A stretch of DNA of 63,998 bases, counting the filler. It is 5 parts of 5 records of this genome, joined end to end, with 100 filler letters (N's around TTAATTAATTAA, not from the genome) between each part and the next. Parts side by side here need not be neighbours in the genome. Positions count along the whole stretch, not along the records: positions 35,261 to 43,028 come from SRR20825010_1528; positions 43,129 to 59,756 come from SRR20825010_1530; 3 more parts are not named here. One strand, written 5' to 3'. The position numbers and the translations under genes are program-made. Positions within the stretch are counted from its first letter, which is position 1. Each line of letters starts with the position of its first letter. Under the pieces are notes generated by a model, which was given only the letters and a program-made list of their open reading frames with translations, was not told the origin of the DNA and did not search any database. Positions 39,857-49,685 of this stretch are shown piece after piece.

Positions 39857-40375
39857 GTGAGCGGCAAGAAAACTCCAAGCAAAACACAAAGCGGAAAATC
39901 GACATCCCGCGCGCCGAAAAATGCCGCCCAGCTTTTTCTCGAACACTACTACCCTATCCACTACAAGGCCGGCATCGGCGTAGAAGATGCCTTGCGCGAC
40001 GGAATTTTGGGGCGTCATCAGGTTGCCATTCTCTGGCTGATCCATTCAGAAGGTCGGCAAGGCAAGATGATGAACCGCAAAGCCATTGAGCAATCGCTCT
40101 CGACATGGTTTGAAATTTCCGGTGCCGCCATCACCAAGGCCTTGCGCTCCATGGCGCAGCCCCCTCTCGATCTTGTCACGCTGACAGAGGACCCCGCATC
40201 GGGCCGTGAAAAGATCGTCAGCCTTACGCCCAAAGGCGAGGCCCATCTGAAACGGATGATCGCAAAGGGCGCAGCTTATGTGCAGCAGATCATCGACCCG
40301 ATGAGCGATGAGGAAATCCTGCAAGGCCTTCATTTCTTCGAACGGATCGGCGCCATAGTGGACAAAATGAAATAA
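39857..40375 (+). CDS. MarR family transcriptional regulator
   Basis: AITKALRSM...EDPASGREKIVSLTPKG; start uncertain (GTG 39857 or ATG 39806). Confidence 0.85.
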   Translation: MSGKKTPSKTQSGKSTSRAPKNAAQLFLEHYYPIHYKAGIGVEDALRDGILGRHQVAILWLIHSEGRQGKMMNRKAIEQSLSTWFEISGAAITKALRSMAQPPLDLVTLTEDPASGREKIVSLTPKGEAHLKRMIAKGAAYVQQIIDPMSDEEILQGLHFFERIGAIVDKMK

Positions 40376-40389
40376 GCCCCCCTTGATTA

Positions 40390-40425
40390 GTTTAACGATA
40401 AATCATATATTGTTTAACGTTGAAC
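40390..40425. promoter_or_regulatory. tandem imperfect palindromes, candidate MarR operator
   Basis: GTTTAACGATAAAT and GTTTAACGTTGAAC, 22 nt apart, before the Acg-like gene. Confidence 0.5.
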
Positions 40426-40444
40426 TTTTTTCGGGAGGCGAGCC

Positions 40445-41599
40445 ATGCCCACGAGACGCAATTTCATCAAGATAATAGGCGGCGGAACTCTATTGGCTGC
40501 AGGCACGTCGCTTGCCCTCACCGCTTTTCCCCTCGGTGTGCCGGATGCAGCAGAGGCATGGCGCCACCCCGGCACTGGCGAGACAGACATTCGCCGCAAG
40601 GCTCTGAGCTATGCCATACTCGCGCCAAATCCGCATAATATGCAGCCCTGGCTTGTCGATCTTTCCACGCCCGATATGGCCATCCTGTCACTCGACACGG
40701 ATCGCCTTCTGCCCGCCACCGATCCCTACGGACGCCAGATTGTGATCGGCTGTGGCGCCTTTCTGGAGTTGCTCGGTTTGGCGGCCAATGCGTTTGGCGC
40801 AGATCTGTCCATCACCCTTTGGCCGGATGGCGAGCCGCAACCCCACCTCGACAACCGACCATTCGCCGCCATCACCTTCCGCAAGGCTGAACCGAAATAT
40901 GACCCATTCTTCGATCAGATTCTGGCCCGTCGCACTAATCGCGAAACATATGACCTCACCCGCCTGCCCCGGAGCGATGCTCTGCGCGCGGTGCTTGATG
41001 CGGCTCTGGCCGGCACCAACCTCTCAGGGGGCTATGCCATTGCCCCCGACAAGGTTGCAGCACTGAGAGACATTGTCTGGCGCGGCTGGTTGCGTGAAAT
41101 GCAGACACCCGATGCCTTGGCGGAATCGGTCAATGTCATGCGCATCGGTGATCGCGCCATTGCCGCCCATCGCGACGGGCTGACGCTTGGCGGCCCATCC
41201 ATGAACCTTATGGGCGCATTCGGCCTCGTCACGCGCGAAGTGCTGCTCGATCCCTCATCCAGTGCCAATGTTCAAGGCGCGGCCATGTGGAAGGAAAAGG
41301 CAGACGCAGCCCCCGCCTTCATGTGGATGGCAAGCGCCGACAATACACGCCACACACAGATCATGACGGGCCGCGCCTATGCACGCCTCAATCTTGCGGC
41401 CACTGCACATGGGCTTTCCATCCACCCATGGAGCATGGCCTTGCAGGAATATCCCGAAATGGCCGATCTATATGCCGAGCAGCAATCCATGCTGGGCGCG
41501 TCGGCCGACGCACCTGTTCAGATGTTGGTGCGCATCGGTTATGCTCGGCCCGTTGCCCCTGCCCCGCGTCGGGGACTTGATGCCCAGTTGAAAGTGTAA
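40445..41599 (+). CDS. Acg-family FMN-binding nitroreductase-like protein with Tat-type N-terminus
   Basis: TRRNFI; LAPNPHNMQPW; DPYGRQIVIGCG; RRTNR; QMLVRIGY. Confidence 0.88.
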   Translation: MPTRRNFIKIIGGGTLLAAGTSLALTAFPLGVPDAAEAWRHPGTGETDIRRKALSYAILAPNPHNMQPWLVDLSTPDMAILSLDTDRLLPATDPYGRQIVIGCGAFLELLGLAANAFGADLSITLWPDGEPQPHLDNRPFAAITFRKAEPKYDPFFDQILARRTNRETYDLTRLPRSDALRAVLDAALAGTNLSGGYAIAPDKVAALRDIVWRGWLREMQTPDALAESVNVMRIGDRAIAAHRDGLTLGGPSMNLMGAFGLVTREVLLDPSSSANVQGAAMWKEKADAAPAFMWMASADNTRHTQIMTGRAYARLNLAATAHGLSIHPWSMALQEYPEMADLYAEQQSMLGASADAPVQMLVRIGYARPVAPAPRRGLDAQLKV

Positions 41600-41602
41600 G
41601 AC

Positions 41603-42058
41603 ATGCCCGACAAACAACCGGATCCGGCCACGCTCTGGTTTGAAATTTTCAACGAAGTCGGAATCATCGAGCAATTATCGCGCAATGCATTCGAGCGCGT
41701 CTTGCCCGACGGCCTGTCGCTGGCCGGTTTCACAGTGCTCAATCATTTCATCCGGCTGGACAAGCGCGAAGCGACACCGAGCCAATTGGCATCCGCCTTT
41801 CAGGTGACCAAAGGGGCCATCACCAACACATTGCAAAGGCTTGAAGCGCTGGGCTATGCCACTTTGACACCCAACCCTGAAGACGGGCGCGGCAAGATCG
41901 TGCGTATCACCGCCAAGGGTCGCAAAGCGCGTGAGGCTTCACTTGCGGCGCTTGCACCCAAACTTCAGGAAACTGCTGCTGTCTTGCCTTCGCGCGAGGC
42001 GCTGGATGCCCTGCCATTCCTCAGGCAGCTGCGCACCTATCTCGACAATAATCGCTGA
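41603..42058 (+). CDS. MarR family transcriptional regulator
   Basis: VTKGAITNTLQRLE, PEDGRGK. Confidence 0.92.
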   Translation: MPDKQPDPATLWFEIFNEVGIIEQLSRNAFERVLPDGLSLAGFTVLNHFIRLDKREATPSQLASAFQVTKGAITNTLQRLEALGYATLTPNPEDGRGKIVRITAKGRKAREASLAALAPKLQETAAVLPSREALDALPFLRQLRTYLDNNR

Positions 42059-42065
42059 GACGCGA

Positions 42066-42464
42066 TCACTCGTCCGGTTGGTAAATATCCATTGCCAGTA
42101 TGGTAACGGTCTCATCGCCCTCGTTGCGCCACCAATGGCTCACATTGTGATCGGCTGCAACCACATCCCCCGCCTTATAGGTGGTCTCTGTACCATTGCG
42201 GGTTTCGATTGTGCTGCCGGTCAGAACATATTCAATCGAGGGGCGTGCATCATGCTTGTGAAAAGCCACTACGCCGCCGGGCTCCAGCGTTAGCAATCGC
42301 ATCCGAAACTTGCGGTCGCCTGTTGTCTCAAACTCTGGCGCCAATGGCATCTCGGCCAGCAGCTTGCCTTTCAGCCCCACATTTTCCGTTGGCGCATCTG
42401 CGGCCAATGCAGGCGATAAAAGCGTCAGGCACGCAAGAACCGTCAATTTTAGAATGCGCTTCAT
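42066..42464 (-). CDS. exported cupin domain protein
   Basis: Signal peptide; PGGVVAFHKH, HWWRNEG. Confidence 0.85.
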   Translation of the reverse strand: MKRILKLTVLACLTLLSPALAADAPTENVGLKGKLLAEMPLAPEFETTGDRKFRMRLLTLEPGGVVAFHKHDARPSIEYVLTGSTIETRNGTETTYKAGDVVAADHNVSHWWRNEGDETVTILAMDIYQPDE

Positions 42465-42495
42465 AATTACCTCCCCGAATTAATGCTACCGCTAT

Positions 42496-43028
42496 TCAAT
42501 CACGATCTTCCGGCGCTCCAAGCGGAAAATAATGGCGGTATGGACGCGCTTCGTCGAGGGCCCGCGCATAGGCTGGCCGCGTAATAAGACGCTGACGATA
42601 GGCGCGCAGATTGCTGAATTGCGGGCCGATGGCGTGGCTCCAATCGGCATAGAGAAGATGCGGCGAGGCGGCACAATCGGCCATGCTGAATCCATTCACT
42701 GCCCATTCGCGGTTTTCCATGCGCCGGTCGAGAATTTCATAGGCTGTGTCCAGCGCCGCTTTCCAGCGTGCGCCGTCATCGCCAACTTCGCGGCCAAGCG
42801 AGGCATAGACGAGCCGCTGCTGCGGGTAGCCCACGTAATTGTCAAAAAAGCGATCCCACATGCGAACTTCTGCGGCTTCTATCGGATCGGCGGGAATGAG
42901 GCGATAGGTGTCCGGAAATCGCGCCTCAAGATATTCAATGATGCCTGTCGCCTCAAACACCATGCGTTCTCCATCCACCATTATCGGAAACCGTCCGATG
43001 GGCCAGAGCGCCGCAAACTCGCTTTGAA
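42496..43028 (-). CDS. glutathione S-transferase, 5' truncated
   Basis: LWPIGRFP, EATGIIEYL, FSMADCAA. Confidence 0.92.
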
Positions 43029-43128
43029 NNNNNNNNNNNNNNNNNNNNNNNNNNNNNNNNNNNNNNNNNNNNTTAATTAATTAANNNNNNNNNNNNNNNN
43101 NNNNNNNNNNNNNNNNNNNNNNNNNNNN
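43029..43128. other. artificial contig linker
   Basis: N44-TTAATTAATTAA-N44. Confidence 0.99.
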
Positions 43129-43182
43129 ACGCTCTGCATCGGCGGCGGCATGGGCGTCGCTCTCTGTGTCGAGCGAGACTGA
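43129..43182 (+). CDS. phbA: acetyl-CoA acetyltransferase, 3' end only
   Basis: TLCIGGGMGVALCVERD* thiolase C-terminus upstream of phbB. Confidence 0.9.
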   Translation, partial: TLCIGGGMGVALCVERD

Positions 43183-43276
43183 ATCCGGTAAATAAAAAAG
43201 CCGGTGACGGAACCGGAGGGGCCGGTTCCGAATTCCTCTAATACATATGGGCTCAATCAAAAAACTGGAGGGAATA

Positions 43277-43999
43277 ATGGGGCGTGTCGCAATCGTAACG
43301 GGTGGGACCCGCGGTATCGGGGAGGCGATCAGCCTCGCCCTCAAGGATGCCGGTTGCACGGTGGCAGCGAATTATGCAGGGAACGAGGAGCGGGCGCGGG
43401 CTTTCACGGAACGCACGGGCATTGCTTCCTACAAGTGGGATGTTTCCGATTTTGAGGCCTGCGCTGCGGGCGTGAAACAGGTCGAGGCCGATCTCGGCCC
43501 GGTCGATATCGTCGTCAATAACGCGGGTATCACCCGGGACGGCACGATCCACAAGATGGATCACAAGATGTGGCAGGAAGTGATCGACACCAATCTCGGC
43601 GGTTGCTTCAACATGTGCCGCAACGTGATCGACGGCATGCGTGCCCGGAAATTCGGCCGGATCGTCAATATCGGCTCGATCAACGGCCAGGCCGGGCAGT
43701 ACGGCCAGGTGAATTATGCTGCCGCTAAATCCGGTATTCACGGTTTCACCAAGGCGCTGGCCCAGGAAGGTGCTCGTTCCAACATCACGGTGAACGCCAT
43801 CGCGCCGGGTTATATCGATACCGATATGGTCGCGGCCGTGCCGGCCAACGTGCTGGAGAAGATCGTCGCCCGGGTTCCTGTCGGCCGCCTCGGCCACGCG
43901 GACGAGATTGCCCGCGGCGTGGTTTTCCTGTGCGCCGACGATGCGGGCTTCGTCACCGGATCGACCATGTCGATCAATGGCGGCCAGCACATGTACTGA
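43277..43999 (+). CDS. phbB: acetoacetyl-CoA reductase
   Basis: TGGTRGIG, NNAGITRD, GQYGQVNYAAAK, NGGQHMY. Confidence 0.96.
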   Translation: MGRVAIVTGGTRGIGEAISLALKDAGCTVAANYAGNEERARAFTERTGIASYKWDVSDFEACAAGVKQVEADLGPVDIVVNNAGITRDGTIHKMDHKMWQEVIDTNLGGCFNMCRNVIDGMRARKFGRIVNIGSINGQAGQYGQVNYAAAKSGIHGFTKALAQEGARSNITVNAIAPGYIDTDMVAAVPANVLEKIVARVPVGRLGHADEIARGVVFLCADDAGFVTGSTMSINGGQHMY

Positions 44000-44002
44000 C
44001 CC

Positions 44003-44029
44003 GATGCGGGCCGGATTCCGGCCCGCATC
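44003..44029 (+). terminator. hairpin terminator after phbB
   Basis: GATGCGGGCCGGA-T-TCCGGCCCGCATC followed by CATCTTT. Confidence 0.65.
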
Positions 44030-44061
44030 CATCTTTCGTCAGCCGAACAGGGGAGAGGTTC

Positions 44062-44463
44062 ATGAGCGCCACGGTCATGCCGGTTGCTTACGAGGACGCA
44101 TCGGACGAGGTCCGCGCGGTCTATGACGACATCATGTCGTCTCGGAACATCGATTTCATACCGAATGTATGGCGCACGCTGGCGTCCCATCCGCCGACCC
44201 TGGCGCGGGTCTGGTACGGGTTGAAAGAGGTCATGGCGCCCGGTGCGCTCGATGCCCGGACGAAGGAAATGATCGCGGTTGCGGTCTCGGCGACGAACGG
44301 CTGCGAATATTGCATTCGTTCGCACACCAGGCAGGCGCGCGGCCATGGCATGACCGAGGAAATGTACGGCGAGCTGATGGCCGTCATCGGCATGTTCAAC
44401 CAGACCAACAAGTTGATTGAAGGCTACCAGGTCGAGGTTGACGGTTTTCTGAAAGAGGTCTGA
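44062..44463 (+). CDS. carboxymuconolactone decarboxylase/AhpD family protein
   Basis: KEMIAVAVSATNGCEYCIRSH. Confidence 0.92.
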   Translation: MSATVMPVAYEDASDEVRAVYDDIMSSRNIDFIPNVWRTLASHPPTLARVWYGLKEVMAPGALDARTKEMIAVAVSATNGCEYCIRSHTRQARGHGMTEEMYGELMAVIGMFNQTNKLIEGYQVEVDGFLKEV

Positions 44464-44485
44464 GCACACACCTGCGAAAGGCGTC

Positions 44486-45292
44486 TCAGCCTGTTTTCGG
44501 CATCACGTCAAGCCGCACAACGGCGCCTTCCAGGTCCGGCGACGGGGCCGGATAGTAATCCATCACCAGAGGGTCATGCCCGGGCACGATATGGTCCGGG
44601 CTGTCCGCCAGCAGTTCCAACGTGTTGAAGCCGTTCATCATGGCGCCGAGATCGTAACAGATCACGAACGGTTTGCGCTCGCGGATGTTCTCGTAGAAAT
44701 GCGCGCAGTCTGACGCCAGCACGATCCAGCCGCGCTCGGTGCGCACGCGGACGCACATCAGCCCGGCCGAGTGCCCGCCGATCTTGTGAATGCTGAGGCC
44801 GGGCGCAAGTTCCGTATCGCCGTCATGGAATTTCGCCTGTCCGCCATAGACCTTGCGCACCATGGCGACGACATCCTCGACCTCGAAGGGTTTTTTCACC
44901 GCCTCGAAACACATGCAGCGGCCGGTGGCATAGGCCATCTCGGAATCCTGGATATGGAAGGTCGCTTTCGGGAACTCCCCGATCCCGCCCGCATGGTCAT
45001 AATGCATATGCGTAATGATGACGTCCTCGACCTCGGCGGCGTCGATCCCGAGCAGGGCGAGCCCCTCGGTCGTTGACCGCAATAGCGGGGAGCCCCGTTT
45101 CAGCGAGGCAACTTCCCCGAAGCCGGTATCGACGACAAAGGTCCGCTCCTCGTTGCGGATGACCCAGACGAAGTAATCCAATGGCATAGCCACATCGTGA
45201 GCGTCCGGAAACACGAAGTTCTCGTTCCGCATGCGCTTGCCGTTATGTGCATACCGCACCGCGAAGACTTCGTAAGTGTGTCCGTTGCTCAT
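44486..45292 (-). CDS. N-acyl homoserine lactonase family MBL hydrolase
   Basis: VDTG, THMHYDHAG, GGHSAG, SDCAH, PGHD. Confidence 0.88.
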   Translation of the reverse strand: MSNGHTYEVFAVRYAHNGKRMRNENFVFPDAHDVAMPLDYFVWVIRNEERTFVVDTGFGEVASLKRGSPLLRSTTEGLALLGIDAAEVEDVIITHMHYDHAGGIGEFPKATFHIQDSEMAYATGRCMCFEAVKKPFEVEDVVAMVRKVYGGQAKFHDGDTELAPGLSIHKIGGHSAGLMCVRVRTERGWIVLASDCAHFYENIRERKPFVICYDLGAMMNGFNTLELLADSPDHIVPGHDPLVMDYYPAPSPDLEGAVVRLDVMPKTG

Positions 45293-45520
45293 CTGATTCC
45301 CCCTTGCTGAAGTCGTTTCTTAGCCGAACTATCTTTGTTGGCGTAATATGCCATAGCATTGCCAGCTATGGAAAAATATGGAACAAGTCACTTTTATGTT
45401 GAAAATCAGAGATTTAGACAATTGAAAGAAAATTTTAACCGAGCTTTAGCTAAAGTCTGACGATACCGCCACAAAAGATGGCCGACGCCAGATATGGAAA
45501 CGAAGGGGGGATGAGAGCAA

Positions 45521-47533
45521 ATGTTCTCAAGGTTGAACGACATGAAGTTTGGCGTGAAATTGTTGATCGGCATCGGCGGGATTCTGATCCTCCTGGTCCT
45601 CAACAGCGCGGCGTCATTTTTTGGCTTATGGCAGGCTGGCGGCGCCCTGACCCGTTATCAGCAATTGACGAACCAGGCAGCCCAGGTGACTGCCGCGCGG
45701 GCGGATCTGCTTGAGGTGGCGGCCGAAGTGCAGCAATACCTGATCGATGGCAGTACGGAATCCGCCGATAAGGCGAAGGCGGATATCGCGGCTGTACGCC
45801 AGGATCTCCAGATTGCGGAGAACGGTGCGACGACTGACGAGGGGCGCGCCCGTCTTGCCGGCATCAAGGACAGACTTGCCAATTACAGTGCGATTTTTGA
45901 GACCGTTGTCGCGAGCCGGGAACGGCGCGACGTGGCCAGCGCCGAAATCAACAAGCTGGGCTCCGATCTGGAGAAGAAGCTGACCGGAATCATGGCAGAG
46001 GCTAACGAGGCCTACGATGCGGAATTGGCCTACAAGGCCGGTCAGGTGCTGCGCAGCTTGTTGATCCAGCGCGCCGAACTGAACCGCTATCTGTTGGATC
46101 AACAGGCGGAAACATTTGCTCTGGTCGAGGCCGAAAAGGAACCGCTGGATACCAGCTTCGAGGATCTGCTTGGAAATCTTCAGTTCGGCCAGGACGACGA
46201 GTTGACTGAGGCGCTGAAGACAAGTGTTGCCGCCTATCAGCAGGGACTGCTGTCGGTCCGTGATCTGGTCGTTTCACTCAACGGTATTCTCGCCGAAGAG
46301 CTGGAGCCTGCCGCCGCTGCCATTCTTGCGGATGCGGCCGGTGCTTATGAGTCGATCCGGGATGAGCAGACCATGATCGGCACGGAAGCGAGGGACGGAA
46401 CTGAAAAGACGGAAATCCTTTCTGTTGTGGCGACGCTGATTTGCGTTGTGATCGGGTTGGCAGCAGCCTTTCTGATCGCGCGCGGCATTTCCCGCCCGGT
46501 GAAAGCGCTGACCGATGTGATGGGGCGGCTTGCCGCTGGTGAGTCCAGCACCGAGGTGCCGATGACGGAGCGCGGTGACGAGATGGGAGAGATGGCCAAG
46601 GCCGTCCTGGTGTTCCGCGAGGGAATGCTGAAGGCGGAGGAACTGCAGGAAGCCTCTCGCAAGGATCAGGAAAGGCGGGAGAAGCGGACGAAGCGCATCG
46701 AGGAACTGACCCGCGATTTTGACAGTACGGCGACGGAAACCCTGAAATCTGTTTCCGAAGCGGCGGAAAATCTGCGTGGTTCCGCGAACAGTCTGACGGC
46801 AACGGCTGACCGGTCGAGCAACATGGCCGGTATGGCCTCCTCGGCCTCGAACCAGGCGACGGAGAATGTGCAGACCGTGGCGAGCGCTGCCGAAGAGCTC
46901 TCGGCATCGATCACGGAGATTTCCCAGCAGGTGTCGCGGTCGACCCAGGTGGCCGATCAGGCCGTTGAGGATGCGGGGCAGAGCCGTGTGCTGGTCAACC
47001 GACTGGCAGATAATTCCGCCAAGATCGGCGAGGTCGTGAAGCTGATCACCGACATCGCGGAACAGACGAACCTGCTGGCTCTCAATGCCACCATCGAGGC
47101 GGCACGGGCCGGTGAGGCCGGCAAGGGGTTTGCCGTGGTTGCCTCCGAGGTGAAGAACCTCGCAACCCAGACGGCCCAGGCGACGGAGGAAATCTCGACC
47201 CAGATCCAGACCATCCAGGACGACACGCAGCACACCGTCTCGTCCATCCAGCACATTGCCGAGCGGATCGAGGAGATCAACAGGATCTCCGCCGGTGTGG
47301 CAACGGCCGTGGAAGAGCAAAGCGCGGCAACCCAGGAGATCGCCCGCAATGTGAGCGATGCCGCTGCCAGTACCGGGTCCGCCAACGAGAATATCGGCGG
47401 GGTCAGCGAGGCGACGCGGGAGACCACGGCGATCTCGGGAGAGGTGTTAAGCGCTTCAGAGCAGGTCTCCGCGAAATCCGGAGACCTGAGCCAGGTGGTG
47501 CAGCGGTTCCTGGCCGAAATGCGCCAGGTCTGA
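45521..47533 (+). CDS. methyl-accepting chemotaxis protein (2 TM, helical sensor, HAMP)
   Basis: [34 protein letters not shown]. Confidence 0.97.
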   Translation: MFSRLNDMKFGVKLLIGIGGILILLVLNSAASFFGLWQAGGALTRYQQLTNQAAQVTAARADLLEVAAEVQQYLIDGSTESADKAKADIAAVRQDLQIAENGATTDEGRARLAGIKDRLANYSAIFETVVASRERRDVASAEINKLGSDLEKKLTGIMAEANEAYDAELAYKAGQVLRSLLIQRAELNRYLLDQQAETFALVEAEKEPLDTSFEDLLGNLQFGQDDELTEALKTSVAAYQQGLLSVRDLVVSLNGILAEELEPAAAAILADAAGAYESIRDEQTMIGTEARDGTEKTEILSVVATLICVVIGLAAAFLIARGISRPVKALTDVMGRLAAGESSTEVPMTERGDEMGEMAKAVLVFREGMLKAEELQEASRKDQERREKRTKRIEELTRDFDSTATETLKSVSEAAENLRGSANSLTATADRSSNMAGMASSASNQATENVQTVASAAEELSASITEISQQVSRSTQVADQAVEDAGQSRVLVNRLADNSAKIGEVVKLITDIAEQTNLLALNATIEAARAGEAGKGFAVVASEVKNLATQTAQATEEISTQIQTIQDDTQHTVSSIQHIAERIEEINRISAGVATAVEEQSAATQEIARNVSDAAASTGSANENIGGVSEATRETTAISGEVLSASEQVSAKSGDLSQVVQRFLAEMRQV

Positions 47534-47548
47534 CCGGCTTCCCGTGCC

Positions 47549-48724
47549 TTATTCCGCTGCCGCAACGGCAGCGGACGGGGCACGGGGCAGAAGCGTCACT
47601 GTCGCCGTGATGATCGCTGCCGCCACAGCCGCTCCGAGGAACATGGCCGGGAACCCTCCCCCCGCGTCATAGAGCCAGGAGAGGCCGGGGACCACGGCGG
47701 CCGACACTGTGAAGGTCAGAACGTATTTCACCGCATAGACCCGGCCGCGCCAGTGGTCCGGCGTGTACCGGGCGACCAGCGTGTCGTTGATCGGAATCTG
47801 TCCGAACACCAGAACCATGACGGCCATGGAGGCGACGACCATGGCCCAGCCATCGAGATTGACGGCGATGAAAAGGGCGATTGCCTGACCGGCGGTGACC
47901 GTCAGGAAGATCGGCTTGATCGCATGCTTGTCGATGGCCCGGCCGACGACAATCTGGGAGAAGGCGGCGAGTGCATAGACCGCGCTTGCGATGGCACCGA
48001 CCTCGGTCGCGGAATAAGAGAAGGTGGCGAGCCGGTCATCCAGTACTTTCGGGAGCGCAACGGTCATCGAGTTGAAGATAAAGCCGCCAATCGCGGCCGA
48101 TATGCCGATGACGAGCAGGACCCGCTGCCAGCCGGGCGCAGGCGGGCCGTGATCGGCACTGCGTGTCTGTGCGGTTTGCGCTGCCGCCTCGGGCTGTAGT
48201 CGGGCCCAGTAGACACCGGCGAGGATGGAAAGACCGCCGAGCAGGAAGAAGGCCGTGCGCCAGCCGGCGAAATCGACAAAGGCGCCGATCGCCAGTGCCG
48301 ACGCGGCGACACCCATATTTCCCCATACCCCGTTCACGCCAAGCCTGCGACCCAGATCGCCGCCGCCCTTGGCCACCATGGCAATGCCGACCGGGTGATA
48401 GATCGCCGCGAACACACCGATCAGTGTCAGGGTGCCGGCGAGGTGCCAGTAAGAGGTGGCAAACCCGGTCAGGATGCTGGCACCGCCGATTCCGGTGAAG
48501 AAAATCAGCATCATCCGCTCCCGGCCCCAGCGGTCCCCGAGCCAGCCCGCCGGCAGCGAGCAGGCACCGAAGGCAATGAAGCTGCCGGTGGCAAGCACCA
48601 GCACGGAGCCGTAGCTGTCGCCGATATCGACGGCGGCAAGAGCGGCCACGGCCGGAAACAGCAGCATGAAGAGATGGTCGAGCGCATGGCCCAGATTGAG
48701 TAGCAGCAGACGGCGCGGATTCAT
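47549..48724 (-). CDS. MFS transporter
   Basis: [20 protein letters not shown]. Confidence 0.92.
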   Translation of the reverse strand: MNPRRLLLLNLGHALDHLFMLLFPAVAALAAVDIGDSYGSVLVLATGSFIAFGACSLPAGWLGDRWGRERMMLIFFTGIGGASILTGFATSYWHLAGTLTLIGVFAAIYHPVGIAMVAKGGGDLGRRLGVNGVWGNMGVAASALAIGAFVDFAGWRTAFFLLGGLSILAGVYWARLQPEAAAQTAQTRSADHGPPAPGWQRVLLVIGISAAIGGFIFNSMTVALPKVLDDRLATFSYSATEVGAIASAVYALAAFSQIVVGRAIDKHAIKPIFLTVTAGQAIALFIAVNLDGWAMVVASMAVMVLVFGQIPINDTLVARYTPDHWRGRVYAVKYVLTFTVSAAVVPGLSWLYDAGGGFPAMFLGAAVAAAIITATVTLLPRAPSAAVAAAE

Positions 48725-48782
48725 GGTGAGCCTCCCGAAGTTCTGGTCACAGGATGGCATGTGCCGTATCGTCTGTCTTACG

Positions 48783-49607
48783 ATGAAAAGTCAAAAACTA
48801 TCGACAAGCGGACATAGTTCACCAATCCGGGACGCGGTCGCCGCCCTCGGCGCGACGGCGCCGCAGATCATGGCCTTCGGGACCTTCTTTGCCCAAGGCC
48901 ATGACACGGGTGAACATCACCATGACCGGGCTCAGTTCGTTCACGCCGAGCGCGGGTTGCTCCAGGTCTGGACCGAGGAGGGGCAATGGTCCGTACCGTC
49001 CGGCATGGCTGTCTGGGTGCCTGCCCGGGTGCCGCACCGGGTCCGGGCGATCAGCGATGCGGATTTCGTCTCGCTCTATATCCGCAAGGCACGGCCGGAT
49101 GAGCCGGATATCCCGATTCCAGCGCGTTGCAGCGTTGTCACGGTCCCCGTTTTACTCAAGCATTTGATTGTTCACCTGAAAGAACACCCCGCGGGAGCGC
49201 GGAGTGACCGGCTGGCGGCGGTCATTGCCGACGAACTCATGGAACTCGTCTCCGCCGATCTGCATTTGCCGATCCCGTCGGACACGCGCGCAGCCAGTGT
49301 CGCGCTGGCAATGATCGATGATCCATCCGACGAGCGTGGCCTGGATGGCTGGGCCCGCATGGCCGGTGCCAGCGGACGCACCCTGACCCGGCTGTTTCTG
49401 TCCGAGACGGGCTATTCCTTTGCGGAATGGCGGCAGCGTTGCCGCTTGTTGGCCGCTCTTGAAATGCTGGCTGCCGGCAGGCCGGTGACGTTGGTCGCAC
49501 TTGATTGCGGATATCGGAGTCCGAGTGCGTTTTCCGCCGCTTTCACGAAAGTATTTGGAGCATCTCCCCGGCAATATATGGGCTTGAATAAAAAGAAATC
49601 TGAGTAA
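48783..49607 (+). CDS. AraC family regulator with cupin sensor
   Basis: HHHDRAQ, VWVPARVPH, VALDCGYRSPSAF; start uncertain. Confidence 0.92.
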   Translation: MKSQKLSTSGHSSPIRDAVAALGATAPQIMAFGTFFAQGHDTGEHHHDRAQFVHAERGLLQVWTEEGQWSVPSGMAVWVPARVPHRVRAISDADFVSLYIRKARPDEPDIPIPARCSVVTVPVLLKHLIVHLKEHPAGARSDRLAAVIADELMELVSADLHLPIPSDTRAASVALAMIDDPSDERGLDGWARMAGASGRTLTRLFLSETGYSFAEWRQRCRLLAALEMLAAGRPVTLVALDCGYRSPSAFSAAFTKVFGASPRQYMGLNKKKSE

Positions 49608-49685
49608 TTCGATACGTAAATGATTTATTAATCGCAAGCGCAGACTATCCGCATGAATTTTGGATCGCTGGCTGGGACCTCAAAA

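Noticed and set aside
43208-43230. Hairpin between phbA and phbB
   Set aside because: Ordinary intercistronic stem-loop; no evidence for a riboswitch or sRNA
46274-47320. 348-aa antisense ORF, and similar ones at 43253-44032, 49725-50573, 52235-53167, 54078-55052, 61323-62099
   Set aside because: All lie over well-supported genes in high-GC DNA and have no recognisable domains
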